DNA of 41,170 nt from Octopus sinensis (Eukaryota), in contig NW_021835364.1 of assembly GCF_006345805.1 (NCBI RefSeq), positions 1 through 41,170 on the forward strand, given 5' to 3'. Every line of letters starts with the position of its first letter. The stretch's first letter is position 1. Position numbers and translations under genes: made by a program. A model generated the notes under the pieces. The model had not been told where the DNA came from, did not search any database, and saw only the letters and a list, made by a program, of their open reading frames with translations. Positions 11,228 to 23,768 of this stretch are shown here, piece after piece.

Positions 11228-11462
11228 GCTAGGAGCACAGCTAAAAGAGTCGCTCAGTGTGTCTATTAAATTTTTTCTGGACTCGTGTGTTTTGGAACAC
11301 AAATCATAGGCGGCCCGTTGAAATATAATGTATGTCTAGAAATCCATGAGTCAGAAAAGAACAGGCAGGGATATATTGTTTAATGGAGTGGGTATATTAT
11401 TAATAGGAAATACAGCATTACATTCTCATAGCAGGTTTTTTACTGTTTGATTTCTTTCATAC

Positions 11463-11489
11463 AGGCGTTGAGAAAACCTCGGCAACCAT
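11463..11489 (-). CDS. Possible 27-nt phase 2-2 micro-exon of the minus-strand gene (WLPRFSQR)
   Basis: TTTAAATTTCCCAG acceptor and CCT|GTATGA donor; open in the same phase as upstream exons, but short enough to be chance. Confidence 0.25.
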
Positions 11490-11894
11490 CTGGGAAATTT
11501 AAAATTTAAAATGTATGGCATATATTCTTAACCACCGGATGCCTGAAAGTGGCACTTCTGGTCAGCCAGTTTTACGGCAGTTGTAAAAGAACCGGAATGA
11601 ACATAGTCATTAGAAATTCAATAATATCTAATAATACCCTTTTTCAGCGATGGGTCTCTGGGTTTTTAGTCTGGACGACACTCGCTGTTTTTCTTTTTAA
11701 CAACAACTGTATGATCGACAAACTGGAAGTGCTTCTTGCAAGCCTCCCGTGGCAAAGAACTGGCGCTATGCTATCCCTTTCAGCCTTTTCTGATGATTGC
11801 CCTGGTTGTCACAACCTTTGTATGAAACCGATTGGTAAAGTGGCTGATATAAGAATACAATATTGTATTTTATTATTATTAATAATAATTCTTT

Positions 11895-12320
11895 CAAATT
11901 TTGGCACAAGGTTAGCAATTTTAGAGAAAGAGACTAGCTTATTACTTTGAGAATCCAGGTAAAAAAGTCACAGGTAAAAAACCCCAGGAAAAAAGACACG
12001 GAAAAATAGTCACAGCTGTTTTCTCCGGGGGTTTGTCCGAAGGGTTTTGTCCTAGGTGGGATTGTCCGGATCCCATAAATTAATTGTGACTTTTTTTCCT
12101 AGCCAAAATTGTGGCTTTATTATTGTAACATTTTTTCCTGTGACTTTATTACTGGTCACCAACGTTGACCTCAGTATTTAGCTATTACTTACTTCATCGA
12201 CCTGAAAGGCTGCAAAGGGAAGTCGACATCGGTGACATTTGAACGTAGAATGTAAAGCCGGAAGAAATGCCGTTAAGCATTGTGTCCGGCGCAGTAACGA
12301 TTCTGCCAGCTCGCCACCTT
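11895..12320 (-). mobile_element. Old tRNA-derived SINE, tail type B, split by a MITE
   Basis: ggcacaagg tail at ~11900; head ...ttctgccagctcgccacc at ~12300-12320. Confidence 0.75.
11958..12156. mobile_element. MITE with imperfect TIRs nested in the SINE
   Basis: ccaggtaaaaaagtcacaggtaaaaaa versus ttttttcctgtgactttattactgg; internal TTGTCC repeats. Confidence 0.7.
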
Positions 12321-12654
12321 CCCATGGCCATTAATAATATAAGGAAAGTGAAACGATTTCCTTTATCCCTGCATTGAAACTGTATGGTCGTGTATTCACG
12401 TTGTTATGGACTGGAATCTTGTACTATGGCGCTCATGGAGTTTCATATATAAATTTGGTAAAAGACCAGAAATATACAGAAGATAGGATCAAGTGAAACT
12501 CATGCATTTATCAAGCGCAGCGTCAATCAAGAAAGGAAACTGGCTTGCACTCTCAGTGGTCTCTTTCATTCGGCTCTTACAAGCGACTCCCCACTCGACA
12601 CCTTCACTCGTGCTCTCATTTGCTTTTCTTTTTTTTTGCTCGGTTTCTTCATTC

Positions 12655-12880
12655 CACTCACCTTACTCTACCACATTTACTGCCTCAGCATGAAACTCAT
12701 ACCTCTCCTCTACCGTACTCTCCTCTACTTTACAACACTCACTTCTCTTCTATCACGTTCAGCTCTGCTCTGTCACACTCAATTCTACTCTAATACGATC
12801 ACCATTCTGTCTCCCCAACCGTACTCACCTCAACTCTACCACACTCACCTCTACTCTGTCACACTCACCACAACTTTCAC
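12655..12880. repeat. Degenerate ~20-bp minisatellite (cacactcacctctactctgt)
   Basis: Direct inspection. Confidence 0.6.
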
Positions 12881-13064
12881 ATATTTACTCGAATGAAATA
12901 TAGTTAAATATCACTAAACAAAAGACAAAACCAGAAACAAAAAAAGCCATGGTTTATTTATTTTAGGAATAAAAGAAAAGTTTATCTTGGTCAATTTTCA
13001 AAAAAGAAAAAAAAAGTAAAATGTAACCTTTGTTCTACAATGTATTTGCTGTAGACTTTTGCTT

Positions 13065-13275
13065 TGTAGGCCCAAGTTAACTCAACCCGTCCTATGCTAT
13101 AAGACATTCCAGTTACGACTGTTTTATCTTATGGGTTGGTGAGAAGTGTATAGAACTACATTACCTGTCTATATGTCATTTTTTTTTTATCTAAGACTGT
13201 ATAACGTGATTTAAAGGAGATTTGGCTGCTCTTTCTAGTAGGTTGAGCGACGACACAGATGTTCTCCATTGACTC
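13065..13275 (+). repeat. Unclassified interspersed repeat; related pieces at ~3285-3345 and ~35765-35945
   Basis: Shared motif gattt(g/a)gctgct(a/c)tttctag preceded by gtgat(t/a)t. Confidence 0.55.
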
Positions 13276-14369
13276 ACACCCTCTTTGTTTTTAACCTGCT
13301 TTACAGAGAAATGTTCATGGTTTAACCACAGAGTCTGTTAGTTAAGTGGTCTACATGTGCGTTTATTAAACAGACGCATGTAAATTATTTACAACATATT
13401 CGACTTTACTGCGGAAATCAGACATATGAACTATAAAAAATCCATTATCTTTATAGAAAGCAGTCTTATATACCAATTTATATTTTGTTGAGGAATGTCA
13501 TATTTTAAACTATTTTTTGTTGGGATATGTCAAATTCATTGAAGCAACGTGGCTTACAGAAAATACATTTTTTGTTCTTTTGATAGATATTTAATATCAT
13601 TACTCTAATAATCATGAAACTTAATTTCGCAGTTAAAGGGATAATTCATAGTTAAAGTCAGAATCAGTGGTTTGTGAAGCCCACACAACTTTTTTTCCGT
13701 CTTATTTTCTTTTCACTTTTAACTGGTCTCAGCCGAGAATCGAAAGTAGACTCCCGCCTCTGCCTTGTTCACATGGAACTCACGACAGATCATAATCTAA
13801 CAATTTATTGTATGAGTGTTCTTTTGTGCAAGAAACTTCTTATGGATAATGAAAGGGTTAACAGACAATTACAACAGTTCTTACACCGCCGAATAAGAAA
13901 AGTTGGAACCACACAGCTAATTCAGCGAGTATAATTGACAACGCAATGAAACAGCACTATCATCTGATGCCGTTAGATCAGTGAAACACCTTTTATAAGA
14001 TTATAAGCTCCATTATTGCTAATTAAGACACTTATCTGTCCGGATTAAACTCGCATTTGCAATCAAATGAATCTGCATGAATCCTAAAGTGTCTGTGAGT
14101 CAGTATATAAGTAGGGAATTATTAGTTCTGTTAAAGAATTACGTAAAACCAAAGCGGCTCGCTTGGATAATTAGAAAGGTTATTGTGTGTATCTTAAAAA
14201 GGACTTCTTTGTTTATGAAGGATATCTGATAACTAACTACAAGCAACTCCACTGGGATTTCTTGTTGTTACGTAGTAGTGAACTTTTTAAAAGATTTCCA
14301 ACAATGAAACAACCACTATTGGACAGAGGGTAGATACACAGATAAAGAATTACGCAATTTTGTACATAT

Positions 14370-14479
<110 letters not shown>

Positions 14480-14513
14480 ATATATACACATATACATATA
14501 TATATATATATAT

Positions 14514-14960
14514 ATAATATATAATGTACAAATATATGCTTAAATATGTGTGATATAATAAATATGCATACATATATACATAATATTTAATAAATCATAT
14601 ATACAATATGACATAATGAAGTATATATATGTGTGTGTGTATACATATATGTGTGTGTTCTTATACATATATATACATATACATACATATATATGCGTAT
14701 ACATATACATATATATATATATATATACATATATATAATATATATATATAATATATAATGTACAAATATATGCTTAAATATGTGTGATATAATAAATATG
14801 CATACATATATACATAATATTTAATAAATCATATATACAATATGACATAATGAAGTATATATATGTGTGTGTGTATACATATATGTGTGTGTTCTTATAC
14901 ATATATATACATATACATACATATATATGCGTATACATATACATATATATATATATATAA
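14514..14960. repeat. Near-perfect 234-bp tandem duplication within TA-rich low-complexity DNA
   Basis: atgtacaaatatatgcttaaatatgtgtg at 14524 and 14758. Confidence 0.9.
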
Positions 14961-15711
14961 TACACATATACATATAATGCGATTAGATGGATGAAAGATA
15001 CAATGTGGGTGTGTGTGTGGGCGCGTGGGTGTGTTTAGGTGTGTGTATGTTCGTGTTTGCGTGTGTCAGTGTATATATATATGTGTGTGTGTATACGTAT
15101 ATACATGCATATGAACATATACGTATACATACACATACAAATACACGCAATCTTGTGTGAGTAGGAATTATCTACTAATTAACACGACTAATTAAAAGAA
15201 GACAACTCATTCCTCACATCCAAATATTGAAAGGCGCGTGTTCACTTTTTTTTTCAAACGGATTGGGTATTATCGAATATTATTTCCGCATAGAAGTTAA
15301 ATAGATGTTAAGAACGACATGAAACAAGTTTCAACCTTTTTCTTACCCTCATTTTCTCTTCAATAAATATTTTCTTTTGATTTTATTAACCCTGCCATTC
15401 AATAACTAGGATTCATTAAAAGACACTATTCGGCTTCATATTTTCTTCTTGTCATCCAACGAAAAATGATGTTTTCTTTGCTGTTTCTTCTGTTTTATAT
15501 CAGATGTAGCCAACTATGAATAAAAGACCCAAACTCTGGATGAAGAAAAGATTAATCATTAATCGTGCCAAACATTGGTCTTGTTACTCAGTAATCAAAG
15601 GTGGCAATTAAAATAGTCATAAAGACGACCCTTAATTGGCAATCTAATTTCAATACACACACACACTCACACACACACATGAATATATATATATGTGTGA
15701 GTCTGTGTGTC

Positions 15712-15750
<39 letters not shown>

Positions 15751-16121
15751 TATATATATACACACACACAGAGACATATATTTATATATATGTACACTTA
15801 TGTGTATATATAATTATATGAATATATATATGAATATAAATATAAAGTATACGTATATATATATATTCATATATATGTACATGTGTATATGAATATAGAT
15901 ATATGTGTGCGTGTATGTGTATGTGTGTGTATGTTTGTATGTGTGTTTGTTTGTGTGTGTATTAGGGTGTATATATGTGTATGTGTGTTCATGTGAAAAT
16001 CTATATGTGAATGTGCGCCTGTGTGTTTATAAGGTCTCAATGTGTCGATGATGGTGTATATATCTAAGGACAGGGTTAATTAAACATAATGAATACCGAG
16101 TAAACTAGAATTCTCACACAT

Positions 16122-16162
<41 letters not shown>

Positions 16163-16343
16163 TAGCCACATATACAAATAAACATACACACATTCAGAGG
16201 TATATGCTCTTACACACAGGCAAGCACACACTCACACATTCACATACACATACACACTCTCTCGTATACTATCGCGTACACACGAACACACCCTTAATTT
16301 GGTTGTGGTACTGGTCTGCTGAATCTTTGGGTTGTGAGTTCAA

Positions 16344-16678
16344 ATGAGCTGTAGCTTCCATATGCTTCAGAATCGGACATTTATGTCTATAACAGGACAC
16401 TTATGACTTGGTCGACGAGGCTCTTGTAAAGGGATGGCATGCGGCCTCGCTCCCCACTGAAGTCGGCTGCTGCTGCTTTTCAGTTGCATCTATACGCTGC
16501 TTCCTTCAAAAGATTGATCTGGAACCTAAACCGTTGAAGGAAGCCATCAAGGATAGAAGAAGTACGGCAGCTGAAACTCGTTCATGGCAGCTATGGTTAA
16601 TAAGAGACGACAAGTGGAAAACTAGTTCAGTCCTTACGGCTCAACCCAGGCGAAGCGTACAGGCTAAAGGTTGAAACG
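16344..16678 (+). mobile_element. 3' fragment of HERO-like (RLE) non-LTR retrotransposon
   Basis: YDLVDEALVKGWHAASLPTEVGCCCF...AIK...AAETRSWQLWL fits the KY..L..E...GW.A...PVEVGCRGF...AE..S.WLW motif. Confidence 0.75.
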
Positions 16679-16800
16679 CTTGTGACCCTCAAATGCCTGA
16701 TGATATGGAAAGGTTTCGTATTTTGTAATGGATTTAGCAGAAGATCTTACAAGACCTCTGAGTAACTCTTGGAGTTTCTGTCAAGAGTAAAATAGGTGAA

Positions 16801-17127
16801 ATGTTTCACTCCTTAGCCTGTACGCTTCGCCTGAGTGGGGCAGCGAGGAATAAATCAATTTTCCACTTGTGGACACTTATCAACCATAGTTACCATGAGC
16901 TGGTTTCAGCTGCAGTGACTATCCCCTTGGTGGATTTCTTCGGTGGTCTGTATTCCAGACTAATCATTCACATGAAATGGTGCACCGATATAGCTGGAAA
17001 AGGGCTGCAGCTGACTTCAACAAGGAACGAAGCTGCATGTCATCCCTTGACAAAGGCCTCGCCGACCAAGTCCTGATACTTGGGCATAAGTATCCTGTTT
17101 TGAAGCACATAGAATCTACAACTCATA
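16801..17127 (-). mobile_element. Second, inverted HERO-like 3' fragment
   Basis: Minus frame PKYQDLVGEAFVKG*HAASFLVEVSC...TAAETSSW*LWL; aligns with 16344-16678. Confidence 0.75.
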
Positions 17128-17600
17128 AACATGTAGTTGTGAAGCTAGCTGTAGAGATGTGATATAAAAACTTTAAGAAAAGAATCACTGACTTATGCCG
17201 GAGGATAAATATCTTTTGCCGGTTTCGTTCTACAGGAACAGGAAGTAAATACTGCAGAAACGTAGAAAAAACAACAACATATATTTGGCTTTGTTCTTTT
17301 TTCCGGCTTTAGTTATTAGATTGTGGCCATGCTGGTGCAGCACCGTCAGTGCTTTACTCAAACCCATCAGAAATTATTTCAGTCAGATAATATTCTGCCG
17401 TGCGTGTGTAATTACCGAACCATTAAGGTACAGCAAGAGAAAAGGGATGAAACCTTTATAAGAAAACTGATTTTGAAATCAGTGTAAATATACGTACTGA
17501 CGTAAATATGCATTCACGCATACACACAAGTATATACATTTACATACATACATACTTACATACATATACCACATACATACATGCTCTATCTATCTATCTG

Positions 17601-17687
<87 letters not shown>

Positions 17688-17885
17688 CCTATCTATCTGT
17701 TTGACTGTCTGTCTATTTATTATTATTCTGCATAGCCATAATAGTACCTATAATTGATAGTTGGAAGTCCAATATACTAATGAGGCACAACACTCATAAT
17801 CTCCGGTAGCGAGATAATATGAATTCATCAAGGTCTTCTCTGGATCTCAATTAAAGCACAAGGTAAATACACAGCATAATATTGG

Positions 17886-18074
17886 TTTTAGATTTTGACA
17901 CAAGGCCAGCAATTTAACGGTAAGGTTAAGTCGATTTCATCGACCACAGTACTCAACTGCTACTTATTTTATCAACGCCAAAAGGATGAAAATTTGAACT
18001 CGGAACACAAAGACGAACGAAATGCCGCAAAGCAGTTTGCCAGCGTGTTAATGATTCTGCCAGCTCGCCGCCTT
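17886..18074 (-). mobile_element. tRNA-derived SINE, tail type B (older)
   Basis: Head and core homology; gacacaaggcc tail. Confidence 0.8.
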
Positions 18075-18089
18075 ACAGAGTATAATATT

Positions 18090-18304
18090 CTGTTCTAGTC
18101 TGGGCACAAGGCCCGAAATTTTTGGGGGGAGTCCAGTTGATTCGATCGGCCCCAGTACGCAACTGGTACTTAATTTATCGATTCCCGAAAGGATGAAAGG
18201 CAAAGACGACCTCGGCGGAATTTGAACTCAGAAGGTAGAGGCAGGCGAAATATCGATAAGCATTTCGCCCGGGGTGCAAACGTTTCTGCCAGCTCGCCGC
18301 CTTT
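18090..18304 (-). mobile_element. tRNA-derived SINE, tail type B, with TSD
   Basis: TSD tta(c/t)agagtat(a/g)atatt at 18073-18089 and 18305-18321. Confidence 0.88.
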
Positions 18305-18468
18305 TTATAGAGTATGATATTAAATGACAAATGATAAAAGGAGAGTTACATAATCACACTATCAGTGACTTCTGGATGCACAATTCCTTATCTGTAACGC
18401 AAAAAAAATTGTCATTTGTTGCTGCTATAATAAATAAAAAAATATATGTTGTATGGCATTTGATATAC

Positions 18469-18597
18469 CTATATTTGTCTATGTTTATGTCCATGTCACT
18501 GGTCCGTCTGACTTGGTCATTTTTGTTTAATTTATACAAATTCATTCCTGCGCTATGTTCTCTAATCTTTTTGACATATGTCCATGTCCCGTGGCTG
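18469..18597 (-). CDS. Exon (129 nt, phase 2-2) of unidentified gene: SHGTWTYVKKIREHSAGMNLYKLNKNDQVRRTSDMDINIDKY
   Basis: CCCTGTCTCCAG|CAG acceptor (NAGNAG) and AG|GTATAT donor; open and in phase with neighbouring exons. Confidence 0.55.
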
Positions 18598-18750
18598 CTG
18601 GAGACAGGGTCGGTCATTTGTCATTCTTATGACTTCTGTTGAAGCAGAAACATGGGTCCACGACTGTGTTCTTATATCAAGACAATAAGCCAGTCCTTTT
18701 CCTTAATGGCATATCAACTTTGGAAAATCCTTGATAATTGAGATTGTTAC

Positions 18751-18795
18751 CCATGCTTTATGGAGCTGGCCTCCATTGCTATGTGGGTGAAACAT
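18751..18795 (-). CDS. Exon (45 nt, phase 2-2): CFTHIAMEASSIKH
   Basis: TTTTCCCCTTAG acceptor and GG|GTAACA donor; open in phase 2. Confidence 0.55.
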
Positions 18796-19140
18796 CTAAG
18801 GGGAAAATTTTAATAAATTAAGAATTATGTTGTATGGTGTTCATATATACGCTACTCCGTAATTTTCTTAGCAAGTTTTTTCTTCTCTTTTTTTTTTGCG
18901 TGCGCGCGCGTGCGTACACACACACACACACACACACATACACACATACACACATAGAGGCATTATAAAGGCTCTGGTGTGAAACGCAATTAAGCGAAGA
19001 AAATATTCAGTAATGTCAATTAGATTGCAATTATATTTATAAAACCAGCTTCAGTTCTTATTTGGGTTGTTTTCGTTCCCAAACATCAGGCGATTAGAAA
19101 CGAGAAACATCAATAGTAGTTATTGTTGCCTTTGGCCTTG

Positions 19141-19259
19141 TGAAGCACAAATTACTGAGGAAAAAATTACGCGGGTTCTTCTTGTGTGACCCACGAGAAC
19201 CCGTGTATGCCCGGGTAGCATAAGCACACTTCGGTACCGTCCGAGCAGGCTATGCTTCA
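19141..19259. other. GC-rich double-hairpin island (structured RNA or element end)
   Basis: Stem 19168-19207 (tacgcgggttct...agaacccgtgta); second stem agcataagc / gctatgct at 19217-19256. Confidence 0.5.
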
Positions 19260-19618
19260 GGAAGAGCATGAAAACATTGTTATGTGCAATCAGTACAAGT
19301 ATATGGAATATGTAATATATGCGTTTATGAGAAATGTCTTAATGTACCACAACACATGTACGCGAATGTAGGCTACGTTATTTTTATAATTGCTCCACAT
19401 TTTTATTATGCTACTATTAAATGAAAAACAAGAACAACAACACACACACCTACGTGTGAGCGTGCGTGTACATGTGTTTGGGTGTGTGAATATATATACA
19501 AATATCTATCAGTATATAAACACATATGAATTTACATATACATACATACATACATTACTGTATATAACCATAATTTCATTCATTATATATGTGTTTATAT
19601 ATGTATATATATATATAC

Positions 19619-19705
<87 letters not shown>

Positions 19706-19777
19706 CATGTATGTGTGCATGTGCTTGATTGTATGTCCATATATATATTGTACATATATTTACATTCATTTATATAA

Positions 19778-19820
<43 letters not shown>

Positions 19821-19993
19821 GATACATATATATACATACATATATATATACATATATACATAGAAACATATATATATACACATATAGACATATACATATA
19901 TGTATATATATAATATATATATATATGTATATATATATGTATACATGTATATATATATATATTATATATATACATATATATATATATATATAC

Positions 19994-20032
<39 letters not shown>

Positions 20033-20200
20033 ATATATATATATTATATATAATATATATATATATATATATGTATATATTATATATATATATGTATATA
20101 TGTATATATATATATATGTATATGTCTGTATGCTTATGCATACAGACAGCTATATAATTACACATCCATACACAATCTTACTATGTATGCTTACATTGAA

Positions 20201-20293
20201 AAGTTCATAAATATTTATAGTCAGGATTTCAGTGTCCAGTGTCTGTATATGTTTGATACACATTTCGTTGGAGTGCATTACGTTTGATTACAC
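20201..20293. repeat. Dispersed ~92-bp duplicate, copy 1
   Basis: 32/32 match plus ~76% matching tail with 23647-23737. Confidence 0.85.
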
Positions 20294-20495
20294 ATAGTCT
20301 AATGAACTTGGGCTGAACCCGAATAGAGGCTATCAGATGTAGTTTAGAATATAGCATGGCGTATGGAGTATGCATGGCGAAGTATAAAGCAGTTCTATAT
20401 TATATTATATGTATGTATGCATGTGTGTGGAATGTATGTATGTATGTATGTATGTTTGTATGTAATTATGTATGTATATATGTGGAATGTATGTG

Positions 20496-20540
<45 letters not shown>

Positions 20541-20774
20541 CACAGGATCACACACATACGCATATGTATATATATAATGGCCGAAATATGATCGCGATGG
20601 AACAATGAAACAAAGAATACAAGAAGAGGGATTTGAGAATGAAGTAAAGAAGAATTAAACGCAAATTAAAAAGATAAAAGAAAGCAAGGAAGCAAAAACA
20701 CAGCCATAGGTGGCGGTTAGAATTACGAAGAATTGTTGACATACAACGCTCTCAAAACCACCTGATGTGCTAGA

Positions 20775-20831
<57 letters not shown>

Positions 20832-20992
20832 ATATATACATACGTATAAAAATACATACACACACACACACATATATATGTACATATATATACACACGAT
20901 AAGGCAGGCTCTGAAGACACTAGTTTAGTGTCGCTCTATATAAAAATAGTACAGTGAACGTGCCGAAGGGAGTGGAAAATCCAACGTTTCGG

Positions 20993-21069
<77 letters not shown>

Positions 21070-21258
21070 CTTCCAAAAATGATTTCAACGGGATAATGCT
21101 CGAAATGAAGAGTACATGAACTGCAGCCGACAACTGATGAAGGGTCGTTCTTTATGTTACTTGTCCTGTTTTCCATTTCCCTCTCTCGTTGTTTGAATAA
21201 TCAACACATTTGTTTTCGTATTTTGTCTACGGTTTGTGACGTCCTGTGGCCATATATG

Positions 21259-21293
<35 letters not shown>

Positions 21294-21380
21294 TAATTAG
21301 AAATATTACATTCCTAAATCTCTCAGAGAGAGTTATGCAGTCACTGTAGCTATCTCTCTCCCTCTCTATCTATCTATCTG

Positions 21381-21459
<79 letters not shown>

Positions 21460-21476
21460 GTCTGTCTGTCTGTCTG

Positions 21477-21507
<31 letters not shown>

Positions 21508-21601
21508 TTCTCTTTCTTTCTCTCTCTCTCTATATATATTCACTCATACGTCGGTATTATGGTCCTCCCTTTAACGGTTTTCGGAAGCAGCGGACAAAAT
21601 C

Positions 21602-21635
21602 ATGGCGTATCAACAACACCACTTCACCATCCATG
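21602..21635 (+). CDS. Candidate first coding exon MAYQQHHFTIH of a mini-gene or intron-bearing element
   Basis: AAAATCATGG start context and perfect ATG|GTAAGT donor. Confidence 0.45.
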
Positions 21636-21804
21636 GTAAGTCTGATTTTAAATTAAAAATGTTGAATTTACTGGACTATAGTGTATATTCACAGTGTACA
21701 GGTTGGACAGTGTGCTCGGTTAAAAGTACAGTACTCTATTCATTCCTCTGTCTTTCGTAATGTAATTGTTGATATGTGCCACTCCTAACATAACCTAACC
21801 CTAG

Positions 21805-21870
21805 TGTCGGTACCTACGGACAATGGGCTTCATCGGATCGATGTTCCCCACCTTTAGTCCGTACCACGAG
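21805..21870 (+). CDS. Candidate second exon (66 nt); reads VSVPTDNGLHRIDVPHL then stops unless a small indel is corrected
   Basis: CCTAAC branch, CCCTAG acceptor and GAG|GTATGA donor. Confidence 0.35.
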
Positions 21871-21934
21871 GTATGAGTATATATATATATATATCATATA
21901 TATATATATATCATATATATGTATAATTCTTCCT

Positions 21935-22985
21935 CTTTTCTTCAAATATCGAAGTTTTATATATCATCTTTTACACGTAACACCCACATCCTATTTCTCC
22001 CTGAGACGTAAATTTCTCAATCTACTTCTAACTCCCTAACTCCGCTGTTCATCTCCAAAAGTCGTGTCTGGGGGTACGGAGACTGATCTTTCTTTTTTTC
22101 TTTCCGCTTTCCGGTCTCTCACCGCTTTCACCTGGATTTCAGCAACAATAACCTGCAATTACTCTGACTCAAAATCCGTTTCCCTTATTATCCTACAAAT
22201 ACATTGCTACTTTTCGCTCATTCCAAACACCTCTAATGGCCTGCAACACTTTGACCTTATTTTTTTCTTTTCTGCATCGAGAATATCTATCGCATCTCCC
22301 AACTTACGAAGTTATCGTTCTTGGCAACTTTAACATACCAAAGCTCTTCATGTCTGTCACGCTCATCTCACACGGTGCTGCCTGTGCAAAAGCCGACTCC
22401 TTTGCTTTCCTCAAGTCTATACCAACTTGTTTCATCTCCTGCTTGCATTTCAAACTGACAAACAGGCACTTGCATTGACTACTCAATACACTATATCATA
22501 CTATAAAATAATCCTTCCCACCTCAAACCTGCAAAAAAGAAAAAAAAAAAGGGGGAAAAAAAAGGAGCAGCTTCGCCACTTTTATACCAATCATCACTAG
22601 CAGCACACATAATTTACTCTTGATCCCATTCTGATATATCTAGAAGGATGACAAAAATATCTTTAGGAATGTTTCTTCACATCTCTCCCCTAGCCACACA
22701 ATAACAATCGAATATCTCAGGGACCCCGAGTGGTTCACTCAAAGCTATGTTGACAATGTTCAGAAAAAAAAAATTAAACCGGCCTGCGATACCTGAAGAA
22801 ACTAAGCTACTCCTTAACTAAGTGGTATTCATTTAAACAGCGCAATTTGTAAGAGATGTCTTTGTGAAATACTCGTCCACCAAGCGTTCATTTCTCCGAA
22901 AACGCATCTGATGCTTTTGGGCCAATGCCAAAATAATCCTCACCAATTCTGCTGAGTCCTCTTGTCCTCCTCTTTCACATGATTA
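21935..22985 (+). mobile_element. Highly decayed CR1/L2-group LINE ORF2 (APE endonuclease and linker)
   Basis: EVIVLGNFN (GDFN motif), PEWFT, FWANAKIILTNSAESSCPPL; many stops and frameshifts. Confidence 0.7.
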
Positions 22986-23646
22986 TATTACACGAGCGAG
23001 AATGTACCTTCAATCGTTCACTCCAGTTGACGAAAGTGCAAGTGAACGATCCATAAGGTTAACCGGTTCCCAGAAACACTCTGCGTGTTCCGGTCGTATG
23101 TATGTGTGTATGTATGTGATTATGCATGTATGCATTTTTGTATGTATGTATGTATGCATGTTTGTATGTATGTATGTATGTATGTATGTATGTATGTATG
23201 TATGTATGTATGTATGTGCGTGTGTGTGTATGCATAAGTATTTTTGGATTCAGTTATTTTACTCATTCATGAACACACACAGACACTCATACACATATAT
23301 GTGCATTCTTTTTTCTTCTTCTTCTCTCTTTCTCTATCCCTCTCTCTCTCTCACTCTCTATCTATCTATCAATCTATATATATGTGTCTGTGTGTATGCA
23401 TATATATGTGTATGCGTCTCTCTCTCTCTCTCAATACATATATATATATCTACAAAATACATACATATATACCTATATATATATATACATATAATTATAT
23501 GAATATATACACTTGCATACTCACCCACAGACGCGCACACACATACACAGATATACACATACTTACACACACACACACACACACGCACACACTCACATAT
23601 GCATGCACAGATACGTACATTCATACAGATACACTCGTGTATATAA

Positions 23647-23737
23647 GTTCATAAATATTTATAGTCAGGATTTCAGAAGCCTGTTGGTGTGTGTATTTGG
23701 CGCACATTACAGTAGAGTGCGTTGCGTTTGATTACAC
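23647..23737. repeat. Dispersed ~92-bp duplicate, copy 2
   Basis: Matches 20201-20293 (32/32 block plus ~76% tail). Confidence 0.85.

Positions 23738-23768
<31 letters not shown>

Noticed and set aside
13674-13934. Plus-strand ORF or terminal exon
   Set aside because: Acceptor-like site, but no recognisable protein and no linked exon.
20900-21160. Hammerheads at CTGAAGA (20904) and CTGATGA (21134)
   Set aside because: No correctly placed GAAA or closing stems; the region is probably an unclassified repeat split by (TCTA)n.
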